In this document: positions 1 through 13,362 of the stretch, in pieces
Numbering within the stretch: the first letter of the stretch is position 1
Layout: every line of letters starts with the position of its first letter
Source of the DNA: Paraphysomonas bandaiensis
Lineage: Eukaryota; Protista; Chrysophyceae
DNA: 64,000 nucleotides
NCBI GenBank assembly: GCA_965644295.1
Contig: CBFFRP010000404.1
Span: forward strand, 1-64,000
Direction: 5' to 3'
Made by a program: the position numbers and the translations under genes
Notes under the pieces: model-generated
Databases searched by the model: none
What the model saw: the letters and a program-made list of their open reading frames with translations, nothing else
Told to the model about the DNA's origin: nothing

Positions 1-1670
1 CTAGCAGGAGAAACTCCTTCAGGCATAAATTTAGGTTCGAACTGACCCCAAGGGGTTTGGACTGATAACAATGCCGAAGTGGACTCATGTAATCTTATTC
101 CATGAAATGCATTGCAAATGTCTAAATCAATAAATACTTTGTAACCTGCAGCCTTATGTAACTCTTTTATCACATCTAGGATTGGATAATGTGGACTCTC
201 GATCTCCAGATTCACTCTCCTATAATCTCCACATATCCTGATAAAAGGCTTTGTAACCTTAGGTGCAACAACTATTGGAGAAGCATATGGACTCATACTA
301 ATACGGTAAAAGTATCCACACATTCTGTTGAATTCCTCCTTAGTTCGATCATATAATGTTGGCGGTATTCTTCTCATGTTCTTGGGTTTAATCCTATCAG
401 GAATCGTGTCCTTAACCTTTAATTTTAGCTCAGGAACATGCTGAATACCTGTCCAAGTTCTAGGAACAAACACGTCAACAGCTTCCTCCCGTAACACTCT
501 TAAGATGTCTGTCTCTTTGGCAAAATCCGAATTGACACGAGACTCAAGTTCATTAAAATACTTTTCTCTCGCTTCATCCACTGACTGCTCCAGAAACATT
601 ACCAAACTTCCGAAACTACATGGCTCAGGAACCATATCGTCCTCTTCTGAATATTCTGGAATAGAGTTTTCCCATGGTTCAGAAACTGGTCCTGACAACA
701 TATATCAGCGTAGTTCTTCAATATCATCACCAATGCTAGCTAGAACTTGCACTTCATTTAGTTCATCTAACAATTTAGAACTTATTGACGCTTGTCTAAT
801 CATATTGGTAAACAAGTCTGTGAAATGCTCGCAAATAGCTGGCAATCCAATAATCACATCCTTAGAAAGACCATCCAAGACATACAAGCGAATATGAGCC
901 TCATGAGTTTTGTCCCCATCTTCGAAAGCAATCTTAACAGGAATGTAACCTTCCAATATTATCTCATGTCCATTTGCCACTTTAACTTTCAATTTCTTAT
1001 AAACCATTTCCTCACTCAAAATATTCCCACACTTTTGTACAAAACTTCTCGAAATAAAATTATCCGAACTGGATCCGGAATCAAATAAAACCATATCAAT
1101 ATTAATCTTTTCTCCTGACTTAAGAATTATACTCCCTTGTCTATGTACAGCATTGTGGAATCTGCTGGCAGGATCTTTTGAATTCCGCATAGCTGCTAGA
1201 ATAGATAATGTTCATAGTTCATCCAACGGATTGTCATCACCCTGATCATCCTCCTCGACATTAGGTTGATCACGAGTAAGTATACGCACATCACCAGGGC
1301 GCTTTGCATCCCCAGGATGTTTCTTATATTGTGCAGGAGAATTACCATAACGACGTTGAGGTGGCGCATTAACACTAGGTTTAGGCATAACAGTGAGTCC
1401 CACTCTATCTGTCATCTTCCTCAGAGCTTCAGTCAAGACAACCTTGTCATGTGAGAATTTACATGATTTGTCTTTACATCCACCTTCTTGTGTCAATTCT
1501 CTAAAACATGGGGAAGATTTCAGAACTTCTGCTGCATACAAATCTTCTTCACGTTTTAGTACGAGTAACTCCTCATCATCAGAATTCTCCTCATAATCAT
1601 CAAGATACTCACTAGCATTAACAACATGTTTGAGTTCCTTGACTTTTGATCTCACTGTCAATTTGTACAT
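1..1670 (-). mobile_element. Ty3/gypsy LTR retrotransposon gag-pro-RT, 5'-truncated, runs off window
   Basis: One reading frame from 1670 to 1, broken only by TGA at 1212-1214 and 705-707. It has a gag-like part with CX9CX4CX3H, an aspartic protease (LFDSGSSSDNFIS...DVIIGLP) and RT motifs SPYASPIVVAPK..IRICGDYRRVN, FIDLDICNAFHGI and TPWGQFEPKFMPEG. Confidence 0.92.
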
Positions 1671-1672
1671 TA

Positions 1673-2130
1673 TTATAAAAAAGTCATATAGATAACAAAG
1701 TAGATTTAATAAGTAGTTTTTATGGTAGAATCCCGGGGTTTTATAACCTTTACAAATTTAAATTATTTTTCATTTTAATTTTTCCCTCCCCCTATATCTA
1801 CTATTAAATCTACTTATTAAATCTACTTTACTATCTATATTACTTTTTATTATAAACATTATAAATAATATATAAAGTAATTAATTTTATTTAAGAATAT
1901 AAATAATATATAAATAATATATAAAGTTATTAATTTTATTTAAGAATATAAATAATATATAAATAATATATAAAGTAATTAAAAGTTATTAATAATATAT
2001 AAAGTTAAATTAGCAAAGAGAAGGAATTACAACCGAAGGTTGTAATTGGAAACACTCGAAGAGAAGAGGCCCCTTGAGGGGCATATGGGGTAGAAAAAGG
2101 CTTGTCCTTGTCCTCTCCTCCCCGTTTTTT
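1673..2130. repeat. AT-rich block with ~45-bp inverted repeat, ~49-bp tandem repeats and short hairpins
   Basis: About 1673-1716 is an imperfect reverse complement of about 1810-1855. Tandem units (aaataatatataaagt..attttatttaagaatat) span about 1861-1980. Hairpins: AATTACAACC-GAA-GGTTGTAATT at 2025-2047 and GCCCCT-TG-AGGGGC at 2069-2082. Confidence 0.8.
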
Positions 2131-4603
2131 TATATTAGCAGTGTGCAACAAGGTATAATGATCTCATATCTGATACGCGTCAATTAAATTAATCATTGTG
2201 CTGTCTAACTGTGAATTATCAACATAAGATAAACAGATGTACAGTGGAAATTACCATTATGGCATAAAGCAATATTATTTTAGTATACTATTATTTTAGG
2301 AATAAGGAACTAAAAAATGAATTTGTGAAGTGTAGATCGGATATCTAGTGATTTGGAAGCATGATTAAAATTTACTAAATAAGAGTTTACACGCACACTT
2401 CACTTGGAATGAATTTTAAGGTACCAAAGTTTTATAAGTAACAGGCGCCTGTACTAAAAGGGGCAACTCCAGTGATTATTTCAATTTCAAGTTTAAATGA
2501 TTTGATAACTTGTTTATTTTTAACATTTTTATCTGGTTTTGTTTCAACACTAAGTAATGGTTGTGTGTGTGGTATTAATAATTCATCAAAACGTAATGCT
2601 GTTGTTTTACATGCCCTCCTTCTTGTGTGTTAGTGTAGTATCAATATCTAATATACAGCGTAGTCGTAGAGCTATAAGATAAGAAATCAGTAAGATCAAT
2701 ATATATTTAGAAATGCTCCTATAATTAGACAAGTCTCATATTTGACAGTTCGTACACTACGAAGGTGTGTACCTTGATAATACACAGCGTAGTGGTTACA
2801 TTCATCAGTTGTCTTATAGCAGGGAAGAAATTTCAATATATTGATGGGGTTCATAATTGGTGGGAATGGGTTATAGTTGAAGGAGGATTACAACCTATAC
2901 ACCAAAACTACTACCATGATAGTAGTAATGTTAAATCACAAGAGTATTCTCAAGCGCTGAAAATTGAGGTTAGATATCAAACTATTTAAACGATAAGCAT
3001 TTCCAGTAAGGTATCGGTAAGGTCTTAACTTTTCAATTGCATGGGTATCACACACGCACTTAAACACGCCATCTGCGTGATAGAATCAAACGGTGCATGA
3101 GAATTAAGGTACCATAGTTCTTACCGTTACCAGAATAAGCCTTTACAATTTCATGCATAATAAATATAATAGATCATGGCATTTGCAAACAGATCTATTT
3201 CATTCCTTACATCAATTAAGGTGTAACTATCAAATCTCATTCCACAGAATGGAGAAGAAAGACACACACATGTGTTACAGGACCTCGTCGAGTGCACGTG
3301 ATACGCAAATATCAAACACATAAACATACAAAGCACTGTACATTCACGGTAGGTAGAAGCTCCTTGAGTTTTATGCGATGTGCACGGCTTTTGATTCATG
3401 CAACATATTAAGAATGCATTGCGAAGTCTAACGTTTCCATTGTTCAGTAGCATACCGTACTCCTTATCAGTACAGTTTGTCTATAGATATTTCCTGTTTG
3501 AACTACCGCGACACATTCTTTCTGCGCATGATATAGGAATACATCGGTTTTCATATACCATAAGATCATATCACCTCTGTATTATACGGTGTGGCAAACA
3601 CACAGTGAAATGATTCGATCAAGTAACGTATACTGTATACTGTACCTGCTCAGTAGGCATCAGCACATCTCGATGGCATACTCACGGAATGGTACAATTC
3701 GCAGCCCCGAGAAAAGGCGACCAGTACTAGTCTCTGCATGAGTTGTTCAACCGAATGAAACATCAATATAAAACTGCATGAAGACATCAGTAACATCACA
3801 GCTATACCCCAATATATATACCCGCTAATGTATCCCACACAGATCTATCTATAGGAATTCATAGATAAACAGCACTGGTACACACCCACACATGGATAAA
3901 CATATGGCAGGAACGAGCTCAACACTGAAAACTTCACATGTGATGATCCCCACACAGTTTCATTAATACTTATCCAGTAATTCGACTGCATGTGTGGCGA
4001 TTGATATAATATTAACCACAGACGCAGCTTTAACGTTGATGTGGCGTACAATATCCTGTAGAAGATGTACAGCAAGAACAAAGCTGTACAAGGTCAACTA
4101 TAGAATTGAAGTCGCCGGAAACAATCCCTATGAAAATACACACACAGCTGTACATATTACCGTATTTTCTACAACAACTTGTACGATTTCCGATGACGAA
4201 GTAGTCATCTCCGGCCCACAGCGTTTTCAGTTTTTGTAGCGCCGGATGAGAGGTGACCTGATCATGTCTGGTGACTGGTACTTCTCTCTGTAGACGTACA
4301 GCTATTATGTTCTTGTACGTTTGCACGAAAAATATATTACGCAACCATGCACGACATACGGACCATGCTGAACTACTCCATGGTACTGCAAGACCGGGAG
4401 ACAGTAGGTGGTATAGAAATGTCGGTAGCTCCACTCAGCCACTGTAACACCAGTATAAATAAGGGGTATAGATCTTTTAAAGGCATATTTTAATTGGGCT
4501 CGACCTGATTGCGTAGAATGAGAGTGCGATTGAAATTATTCACTAGTCGATTGATAGCCGAACGTTTTACATTAAAATTTACTGCGTTGTTGTAATATCT
4601 CTG

Positions 4604-6360
4604 ATGAATAAGTAAGTGTGTGTCTGTCGGCCACAATTCATGAAAAATAATATGCGTTTCACAGGGAAACTGAAGAATCATTTGCACCTGAAGAAGTGAA
4701 CAAGCCAGACAGCGATGTTGTCGATGTAGCTTGCTCTGAAGAATATGTGCGTCCTGCTGTTGTCCCATCAAATGATAATTGGGCTCGCAATGTGCCTCCC
4801 CGCCGTCCTACCCATTTGCGGGTACAAGTGCACGACCCACAGCCGCAATATTTTAACCCGATTTTACCTATGCCAATCGCTCTCTCTCCGGTACATCGCA
4901 GAGGCTATGATAGAGGCAATATACCAGATTCTGAGCTTCCTATTCTTGGACCCGTGCCTTATACGTCCACCTCAAGCCAAGTGAACTACCCGGACTTCCC
5001 AGTTGTGTATTCATATGGTCCACCACCCCCCATGCAGTATATGGTTGTCCCAGCCCCCTCTTCGATGTATCAACAAATTTACAGGTCCGATTCCCTTGGA
5101 CCTATTGTTGGGTCTATTGTACATCCTGATGAATATGTGTGGAGTAGCCCGTCACAAATTCCTGGACATGGGCGCGTGTTTTCCCCGGCGCCCCCTCCAT
5201 CGATGGCCCCGGCGGCCCCTCCATCGATGGTAGACTATATTTCTTCCCCGGACAATCTCTGTGAAATGGCTGCAGCAGATATAACAGAGCTGCGGCAAGT
5301 ATCAGGCCGGGTATATGCGATGTCACAGGACCAGACAGGCTGTCGTGTTCTCCAAAAACTGGTCCACACTTGTTCGCAGATGGAGCTACAGCTGATGTAT
5401 CATGAGATTCAACATGTTCTTTTTCACGTTATGACTCACTTTTTTGGGAATTATTTCTTTCAACGATTATTTTATCGTGCGTCTTTAAATCTACGCTTCC
5501 AGATCGTGAGTTCGGTTTTGCAATCCCTTGCTGCTGCCTGTGCACATGTGTACGGCTCTCGCTCCGTACAATCCATGATTTGCCATATTTCTCAGAGTAC
5601 CGAACTCACAGATATATTTGTGCAAGGTATACTTCCCTATGTACAACCCCTGTGCATGAGCAAGTACGGCAACCATGTCATTCAACGATGTTTAGAATGC
5701 TTCGACGCGAACGGCAAGGAACCTATCATTCAGGCGTTGCGGTCAAATTTCGCATCACTGTGTACAAATCAGTATGGGAATGCAGTATTTCAGAAAGCTA
5801 TCGAAACCTCTGCTGACATGGCCCCTCTCTCCTTAGATCTTGCCAACGAAACTGTTGTCCTGATGCAGGTTCGCTGGTATTCGTCTCGAAATATTTCTTT
5901 AACTTCTTTTGTGTATCATCAGGACACCTACGGGAACTATGTAATTCAGGCCCTTCTTAATCGCAGTCCTCATTTGGTTGAAATTGTTTGTGAAAAGTGT
6001 GTGAACTGGGTTGTGCATTTGTCAAAGCAAAAATTTTCCTCTGTAGTCATGGAGAGCTGTATTGATGTTGGTGAGTGTTGTTTATATTCCCGTGTCATTT
6101 GGACTAATATGTTGTGCACGCTGCGCATTAAAGCGCCGCCTAGTATCCAAGCGCAATATGTGAATGAAATCTGTCACCCCAGCAATATTGGGGGATTGGT
6201 AAATCACAGATATGGAAACTTTGTCCTTCAGAAGGCTCTGTGCTCCCTTCAGGGACAATTGAAATGTCAATTAGTCGATGCTCTTCGACCTTGGGCACAT
6301 TTGTTGGACCGTAGCGGATGGGGAAGACGAATCATTTCTCATCTCGAGGATAAGAGCTAG
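4604..6360 (+). CDS. Pumilio/PUF RNA-binding protein (8 PUF repeats, Pro-rich N-terminus)
   Basis: Repeats GCRVLQ, GNYFFQ, GSRSVQ, GNHVIQ, GNAVFQ, GNYVIQ, SSVVME, GNFVLQ. Model: ATG 4604, introns 4612-4664, 5869-5922 and 6071-6133, stop 6358-6360. The start is inferred from an in-frame splice. Confidence 0.92.
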
Positions 6361-6754
6361 TTGTACCGTATACAGCAGGATAGTCAGACTGTTGTCTATC
6401 TTGCTCATTGAAATAATAGCGTCCGTTAATTGTACTGTATTGAGGTATATCGTACCGTGCTGTCGTCATCGATGAAGAGGAATCGATTATTCGATTCAGG
6501 CTATTTCTAGATTTACATTATAGTGAACTTTCCTTACTCTTCTGAGTGTGTTTATTAACTTTTTGCCTTATTAAGTAGTTAGTGTAGATATGGTTATCGT
6601 TGATATGTACTAGTTCTTCCTGAATTAGGCATTCCAACATGATGCTTGTCAGTATGTACTGAAGTAATGCTGTTAATTAATCTTTATATCGAAAGTGGAA
6701 TTCGTAATTCAATTTTTAGCTAGATCTTCAGTAAACTGTTGAAGTAGCTCAGTA

Positions 6755-6830
6755 GTGAATGTCTGATTATTTAGCAATAGGCGTTGAGACCTTGCATCAA
6801 TTAGTGGCTAGAAGAATGCTAGTCATACAA
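6755..6830 (-). mobile_element. 5'-truncated copy of non-LTR-type repeat family, with ~14-bp TSD
   Basis: Carries the family 3' terminus (plus strand gtgaatgtctgattatttagcaataggcgt). Flanked by gaagtagctcagta (6741-6754) and gaagtagctcaata (6831-6844). Confidence 0.75.
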
Positions 6831-7399
6831 GAAGTAGCTCAATAATTCTGAGAAAGTATGAATGGTGTTAAGTTGGCGCATATAACCGAAGTTGGCATTA
6901 ATTCTCAGATATACACTTCCAAATAATAGTAGTAATATCTTATATTCCCGCCTGTCAAATATGCATCCTTAAATATCTTACACAGGCAAATAACTTAAGC
7001 AGAATCTATTCCTTATTCCTTCCTTTGCTGAAGTTAGTGCTCAGCATTAAGCCATCCTTTGAGATGCGCTAGTAACGCATTTATAATAAAAATGAAGTAA
7101 TTTCTTTTACAACTGATTGAAACATAAACTACTTTTTTTATTATATACCAACTCATATATAATATATAAAAAGCAGAGCTAATAAACAATATATTGCAAT
7201 ACTATTGTTAGAGAGCGTTCCAACAGTACTATTGATGGAGATTTTAAACAGGCCCAACAATACAATTACAATATATTGCAATATATTAGTATGACTAATC
7301 GGTAAGTAAACACATCCGTAGATTCCATTTTTAGTATTAGTCATTAAGATCACATGACAACAAAACCAACTACTGCTTATAGCTAATAAAAATCCACCA

Positions 7400-7990
7400 C
7401 CACCTCATCCTCATCCTCTGAGCCATCATCGGTGACGTCAACATCACCATATTCATTCACAGAATTAATTGAAATATGCTAGTATCCGGCCACAACTGTC
7501 AATTAGCTGTCCGAAACAACAGCATATTAAGTAGGATGCATACTTTTGCGCAACACTGATATAATATGTTTAGCTGCGCTGAACAGACGTTCCCATGTAT
7601 TGGAAGTATATACTACATGACTCGTGAACCTGTACGTTTCTTAATTTTTTGAGCTGACAGAAGATTTTTATTCGCATAGCCAACATCAGCTTCATCATCC
7701 TCTGTATTGTTGTAATCACTGTCTGAACGGAGATATATTCTAACAGCATCTTTCTCAGATCTTGTCAAATCAAATTCTTTGCCTGCTTGGATTTTGCAAT
7801 TCCATATTCCCTAAATTCGGATCATTGACAATGGATCTTAAAGCAGATAGGGGATACCCTGCCCCAAAATCTATTAAAAAGGCATCAAAAAATGTTCCGG
7901 CATTAATAAAGATTCACTTGACTTGATCCTCCTGTTTGAAGCAGCTTGGAAACTCTTTCACACTTTCTCAGGTCTTGTTTGTTTTGCCTT
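7400..7990 (-). mobile_element. Degraded hAT transposase C-terminal remnant
   Basis: Minus strand reads TSNTWERLFSAAKHIISVLRKSMHP then MLLFRTAN*QLW (about 7607-7485), matching the hAT dimerisation motif. Stops and frameshifts are present. Boundaries approximate. Confidence 0.75.
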
Positions 7991-9399
7991 CAACCAGACT
8001 CCAAAAGCAGCGGTAGATGTCTCTACTCTTGTATGCACTCATCTTATTTATCAGTATGAATATATATGTAGTTCACTAGGAAACTACTAAAATTATTCAT
8101 ATAGCCAGCCCCAATGATTATATATTATTCACGATGTGCTAACCCTAACCCTCATTAATATACGTACAGGCTGGACTAAGGGAAGTCGGGCCACATATGG
8201 ATTATATCCATTCACGTACCAAGTAGCACTCATTGTATGCTCTCCAGGTGAAAGTATTACATTGACATGTCCCATCATCTCAAAAAAGAAGGAATCTGAC
8301 AAACGATAAAATCGAAATAGACTCTGTATAAAGCTGTTCATTTAAACAATAGCTTCTTGTTTACAATTACATAATATTTGCCACTTTGAACTACAACAAA
8401 TGCAAGGAAACTTTTGTTTCAATATTCCATATATTTGCATATTTATAAATCATATACATAACGAACTTCATCCCTTTATTCATGATAGAAACGATTTATA
8501 ACTGCTACACTACGAATACACCATACTTTCTTTACACATTTTTTTGCATTTGCTAATATACCCACTCGTGCAATTGATACCCAACATACGCTTTACGCAT
8601 GCACAGCCGCAGCCAGTAACAACAAACTTACCAATGACAACAACAACCGCCTCCAAAACAATGGGCTACAGATCTCATGAGGAAAGTTTGTGCACATATA
8701 TTACACGACATGCATGCCATAATAGAGGCAACTAATGGAAGGAGATCTCAGCAAAGGGCACTGGTACCATACAGACGAAGAGAAGTGTTCTGAAATACAG
8801 ATTGGCTGTCTGAAACAACATCCTGGCAAGTGTCATACTACACCACACCTTCGAACGAACAGATGCATCAAGCGCTCCCCCCAGTAACCATACGATCAAA
8901 CGAATACTTAAATGAATATATATATGAATAAACAGTATACACTGCTCGTGTATTGGTGCGTCTGAGTGTTGCTTCTCCTTGTCAATTAGAGCATTAGTTA
9001 AAGACGGTTACTGGGACATGAACATAATAAGATCGTATCAATGCTGTGACTTGATTGTGAGCGACAGAGCACTCCTGTAGATACATACATCTGCAGCAGT
9101 GTATGTACTGCAAAATACTACTATTTCTGTAATAAAGTCACTGATTTCAAGAAATTTTATGATTTATAGCGATAGAGCTGAAAAAACTATGGAAATTTGA
9201 CCAACTCAGCCTTTACCTATGAAAATAGTAGCTAGAATACATATATACAGCAGTGGGTGTGTACTTGGTACTTGTGTTGTGTACGTAGGCTGTGGATGTT
9301 GAGAGCCATATCTGTATATAGCAACAAGAATACATATGCACCAGCTCTGCATAAGCTCCAACAGATACCAATAGACCACTGCAGCACTAATCCACTATA

Positions 9400-10880
9400 A
9401 TGTTTCGAAGATTTGCAACCAAAGGGATGATTCCTCGCAGGGCAGCCTCAAGCTTCATCAGCAGGATGGAGGGAGAGCTAGCGAGCATCAAAGAGGCAGG
9501 CACATGGAAGACAGAGCGTGTTATTACTTCCACTCAAGATGCAGAGGTATTTAATCAGTATTATGAGTAGCAAACAGCTGACTCTCTCATATACTCAGAT
9601 CACTGTGGCATCCGGAGCCAAAGTGTTGAATTTCTGTGCTAATAACTATCTCGGGCTGTCTAATGATCCGAATGTTGTTGCTGCGGCTCATAGAACTCTT
9701 GATGAAAGAGGATTTGGGCTCAGTAGTGTTCGATTTATTTGCGGAACTCAGGATATCCACACGGAGTTGGAGAATATGATTGCTAAATTCCATGGAATGG
9801 ATGCCGCCATCTTGTACCCATCTTGCTTTGATGCGAATGCTGGTCTCTTCGAGCAAATATGTGGCCCAGAAGATGCAGTGATCAGCGATGCTTTGAATCA
9901 TGCTTCTATAATTGACGGGATTCGATTATGTAAAGCACAGAGACATCGATACAAGCACGCAGATATGGAAGATCTTGAGAACATTCTCAAAAAGACTAAG
10001 GACTCCGCTAGAAACCGTCTCATCGTTACCGACGGAGCCTTCAGGTATACCCACTACGCTTTATATTTTAGATTCGATTAGTGAGGATAATTTTTGTGCA
10101 GTATGGATGGCGATATTGCCCCTCTGAAGGACATATGCAGCTTGGCAGATATATATGATGCACAGGTCAGAAATTTCACACAGTTCTTGATGTTCCCTAA
10201 TTGCTGTTGCAGATATTCGTGGACGATTGCCATGGTACTGGATTCTTGGGTGCGACCGGTAGAGGATCTCCCGAACATTGTGGGGTAGAGGGTCGCATCG
10301 ATATCATTAATTCAACTCTCGGAAAGGCTCTGGGTGGTGGAACTGGGGGGTACACCGTCGGACCTAAACCTGTGATCGACCTCCTTAGACAACGATCACG
10401 ACCTTACCTCTTTTCGAACTCTATCACGCCAGCGGTGGCTGGGGCATCGATAGAAGTCTTTAAGCAGCTGACTCACTCATCCTCTTTGGTAGAGAAGCTT
10501 CAAGCCAACGTAAGTTTGGTGTTTTAGTTTAATTGCTTGAGTTTTTTGATTTCTTCTAATTTTCCTTGCGATTCAATGATATTGGGTATAAATAGGTTGC
10601 TCTATTCCGCACACAAATGAAAGCAGCTGGATTTACGATGAGTGGTGACGATACGCATGCCATTTGTCCTGTTATGCTGGGTGATGCCCGACTCGCATCA
10701 GAATTCGCGGATGCTATGTTGGAGAAGGGTATCTACGTCATTGGGTTCAGTTACCCTGTTGTTCCAAAGGGACAGGCACGTATCCGTGTCCAGCTCTCTG
10801 CGGCACACACATCAGAGCAGGTTCAAAGAGCAGTGGATGCCTTCATTGCTGTTGGTAAAGAAAAGAAAGTGATTCAGTAG
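9400..10880 (+). CDS. GCAT: Glycine C-acetyltransferase (2-amino-3-ketobutyrate CoA ligase), likely mitochondrial
   Basis: Motifs LNFCANNYLGL, SSVRFICGTQDIH, NHASIIDGIRL, FSMDGD, STLGKALGG and LRQRSRPYLFSN, with an Arg-rich N-terminal presequence. Introns 9547-9598, 10045-10101, 10166-10212 and 10510-10595. Confidence 0.96.
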
Positions 10881-11559
10881 ATATTGTTCGTCAATATACA
10901 TGAGTGACTGTGTATTGTATGGAGCATATATCTGCTGCACTCCTCTCAGCTTACTAATTGATATGTTCATTGACAATGTAATTCTAATGAGTATACATTG
11001 TTAAACCTACGGGCACCGCAGTATTTGTTTGATTGCTCATGTGGAATACGATAATTGGAAACGTATTTTTGAGCGCTTGAAAAACTATTGCAGTAGTGAT
11101 AGGGCAACTCACACCTCACACTAACATCATAATTGCATCATGCTAGTCTCTGTTATGCATAGCAACTTAGTGAGAAGCGTAAATGGGAAGTCAGAATACC
11201 CACAGGAGGTGCACCTTTACGTATGTATTTGATATCTGACGATGTTCGTGGATGTTTATATTTTATATGTTTATTAATTGCAATTATCGAAAAACACTCA
11301 ATTGATACGTAGACCCGTTTATTAGCCACAATAATTGACGTAGTGGATATATAATTTTACACAAGGTCATAAGTGTTATAGTATCACGGGCAGAAGTTTC
11401 TTAAAGTTTATTTTAATTCTGCTTGAGGACTTGAAATACCATTCTGAATATCTGAATACTATCTAAAAAATGCATTCAAGTTGGACAGTATCAATATATA
11501 TTTCATATAGAAACTAGAAACCACTTACACTTATACTTATACAATGTCAAAAATCTATC

Positions 11560-11734
11560 AGTGACAAAGATAAGCAGAATGGTTCACTGGGCTCAGCATG
11601 CAAAGCAGCACGAAGGCTGGGATGCAAAGAGGTCAGGGTGACGCACAAGCAGCTTTCGTAGCGTTATATAATAGGATCATATCATGGTTAAGTTCAGACT
11701 CTTAAACGCCTATTGCTAATAATCAGACATTCAC
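11560..11734 (+). mobile_element. Copy of non-LTR-type repeat family (3' portion)
   Basis: Contains gacgcacaagcagctttcgtagcgtta and ends acgcctattgctaataatcagacattcac. 5' boundary approximate. Confidence 0.75.
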
Positions 11735-12529
11735 CACTACACAGGGTGTAGTGTGTACATTCGTGACGTAGTCAACACGCAGAATGAAATATTTCTGACG
11801 TGCTCAATATGAGGAATACTAAATTCAGTTGTAGTATTTTAAATACTTCTCAAAATATCTTTCATAAACAGTCAACAATGAATGCTTTTCAATCTCACAT
11901 TCTGCGGTTATTCTGTACGGTGGTTTGTGTGCTTGTTAGTTCAGTGTGAATGTATGCGTATGTGTATATGTGAACTTCACAAGTTGACAGTTTTGATTTC
12001 TGCTGCGCCAGAATAAAAACATGTTTAAGGAGGTTAGTTGAGTGAGGCAGAGTGTAGTCTCATTGGACGTCGTGAAATGAGGGTGTGGTTACATGATGAG
12101 TGTAATTCACGGCTCTGTAGAGGTGTGAGTGTTGCATACAGTCATAGTCTATAGGGAAGAGGAGACTATCGAGAAAACGCTACATTCCTTCATATTCGGG
12201 TCACTGACAGATCACCCAACACCTTCGATGAACAGTCTGATGCCCTTAATGAGGACACACTGTCAATGCTGTATGAATGTACTGCTGGTTAAATGTGGCG
12301 TGTACCTATGTACCGTATGTATGTAAAGTACTGTTGTATGTACAGTATGTAAGTGGTCATCATGTACTGCTGTACAGCAGTATTATACACTGTATGTATA
12401 TATGTATGTACGTAGGCAGGTATGGTAGAGGCAGGTACGCGGGTATATTTTAGTAGAGGTGCTCAGCATACAGAGTGGCATGAGTCACCCCAGTCACAAG
12501 CACACACCTCTGTATAACACAATATCAGG

Positions 12530-13362
12530 ATGAGTAAGGAACTGGAGTTCATCTCAGTAGAGAACGATGATGATGAGGAGTTCGGAATGGATCAAACATA
12601 TGCCGAACAGCCGAGCAGTGCCTATGAACATGCTCTCGGAAACACCTTCTTAAGACAGTCTAAGGTACGACCACCATCTATGTGTTACACATGGTAATCA
12701 TAGGGGTGTATGCAGCATCCATGTGCACTCCTCTTTCATGTCCTCTTCAAGGTGTGTAGTGTGTTGCTGTGTGTGTCCGTTGATCTCATACATGACTATA
12801 CACACTCTAGAGTCTCGCGATATTTCTTTATATGTTTGGAGGATGGTTTACAAGCAATTTTATTTTGGTTTTTGTATTATGCATTATTCTGCTTGCGTTT
12901 GATTTCTGGACGGTGAAGAACATAACCGGGCGGCTGCTTGTCGGGTTGAGGTGGTGGAGTTATGTGCGCGAAGATGGAACAAATGAATGGATATTTGAGT
13001 CATTAGAAGACATGGCTGAAGTAAGTAACTTTGACTCCCGTATATTCTGGGGAGCTCTCTACGTTACACCAATTGTATGGGCTCTTCTACTAGTGTTGGG
13101 TATCCTTCGACTTAAGATTGAGTACTTACCCATAGTGATTGCGGCACTCATGCTCAGCAGTGCGAATATAATGGGGTATATCAAGTGCAGTAACAGTGCC
13201 CAGGCGAAGGTTCGCAATATAGTGGAGAATGGATTTAAGCAAGGCTCTATGGCTGCACTTGAGAATAGCTCTTTCAGGAACTGGATTCTTTCCACACTTG
13301 TCGCCACCACGCAGCCTACTCAGAGTAGTCGACGAGAGCCTGCACGTACTGCTACAGTATAA
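12530..13362 (+). CDS. TVP23: Golgi membrane protein TVP23/FAM18
   Basis: Motifs HP..LLFHVLFK, AFDFWTVKNITGRLLVGLRWW, EWIFES and SANIMGYIKC. Introns 12665-12715 and 12752-12810. Confidence 0.95.

Noticed and set aside
705-1214. Alternative genetic code (TGA as sense)
   Set aside because: Host genes use TGG for Trp and several end in TGA (e.g. 22158, 31655, 34332, 37502).
3151-4434. Cluster of short ORFs upstream of the PUF gene
   Set aside because: No recognisable domain or consistent spliced frame; a non-coding transcript cannot be excluded.
8139-8151. Telomere-like taaccctaaccct
   Set aside because: Only about two units, which is expected by chance.
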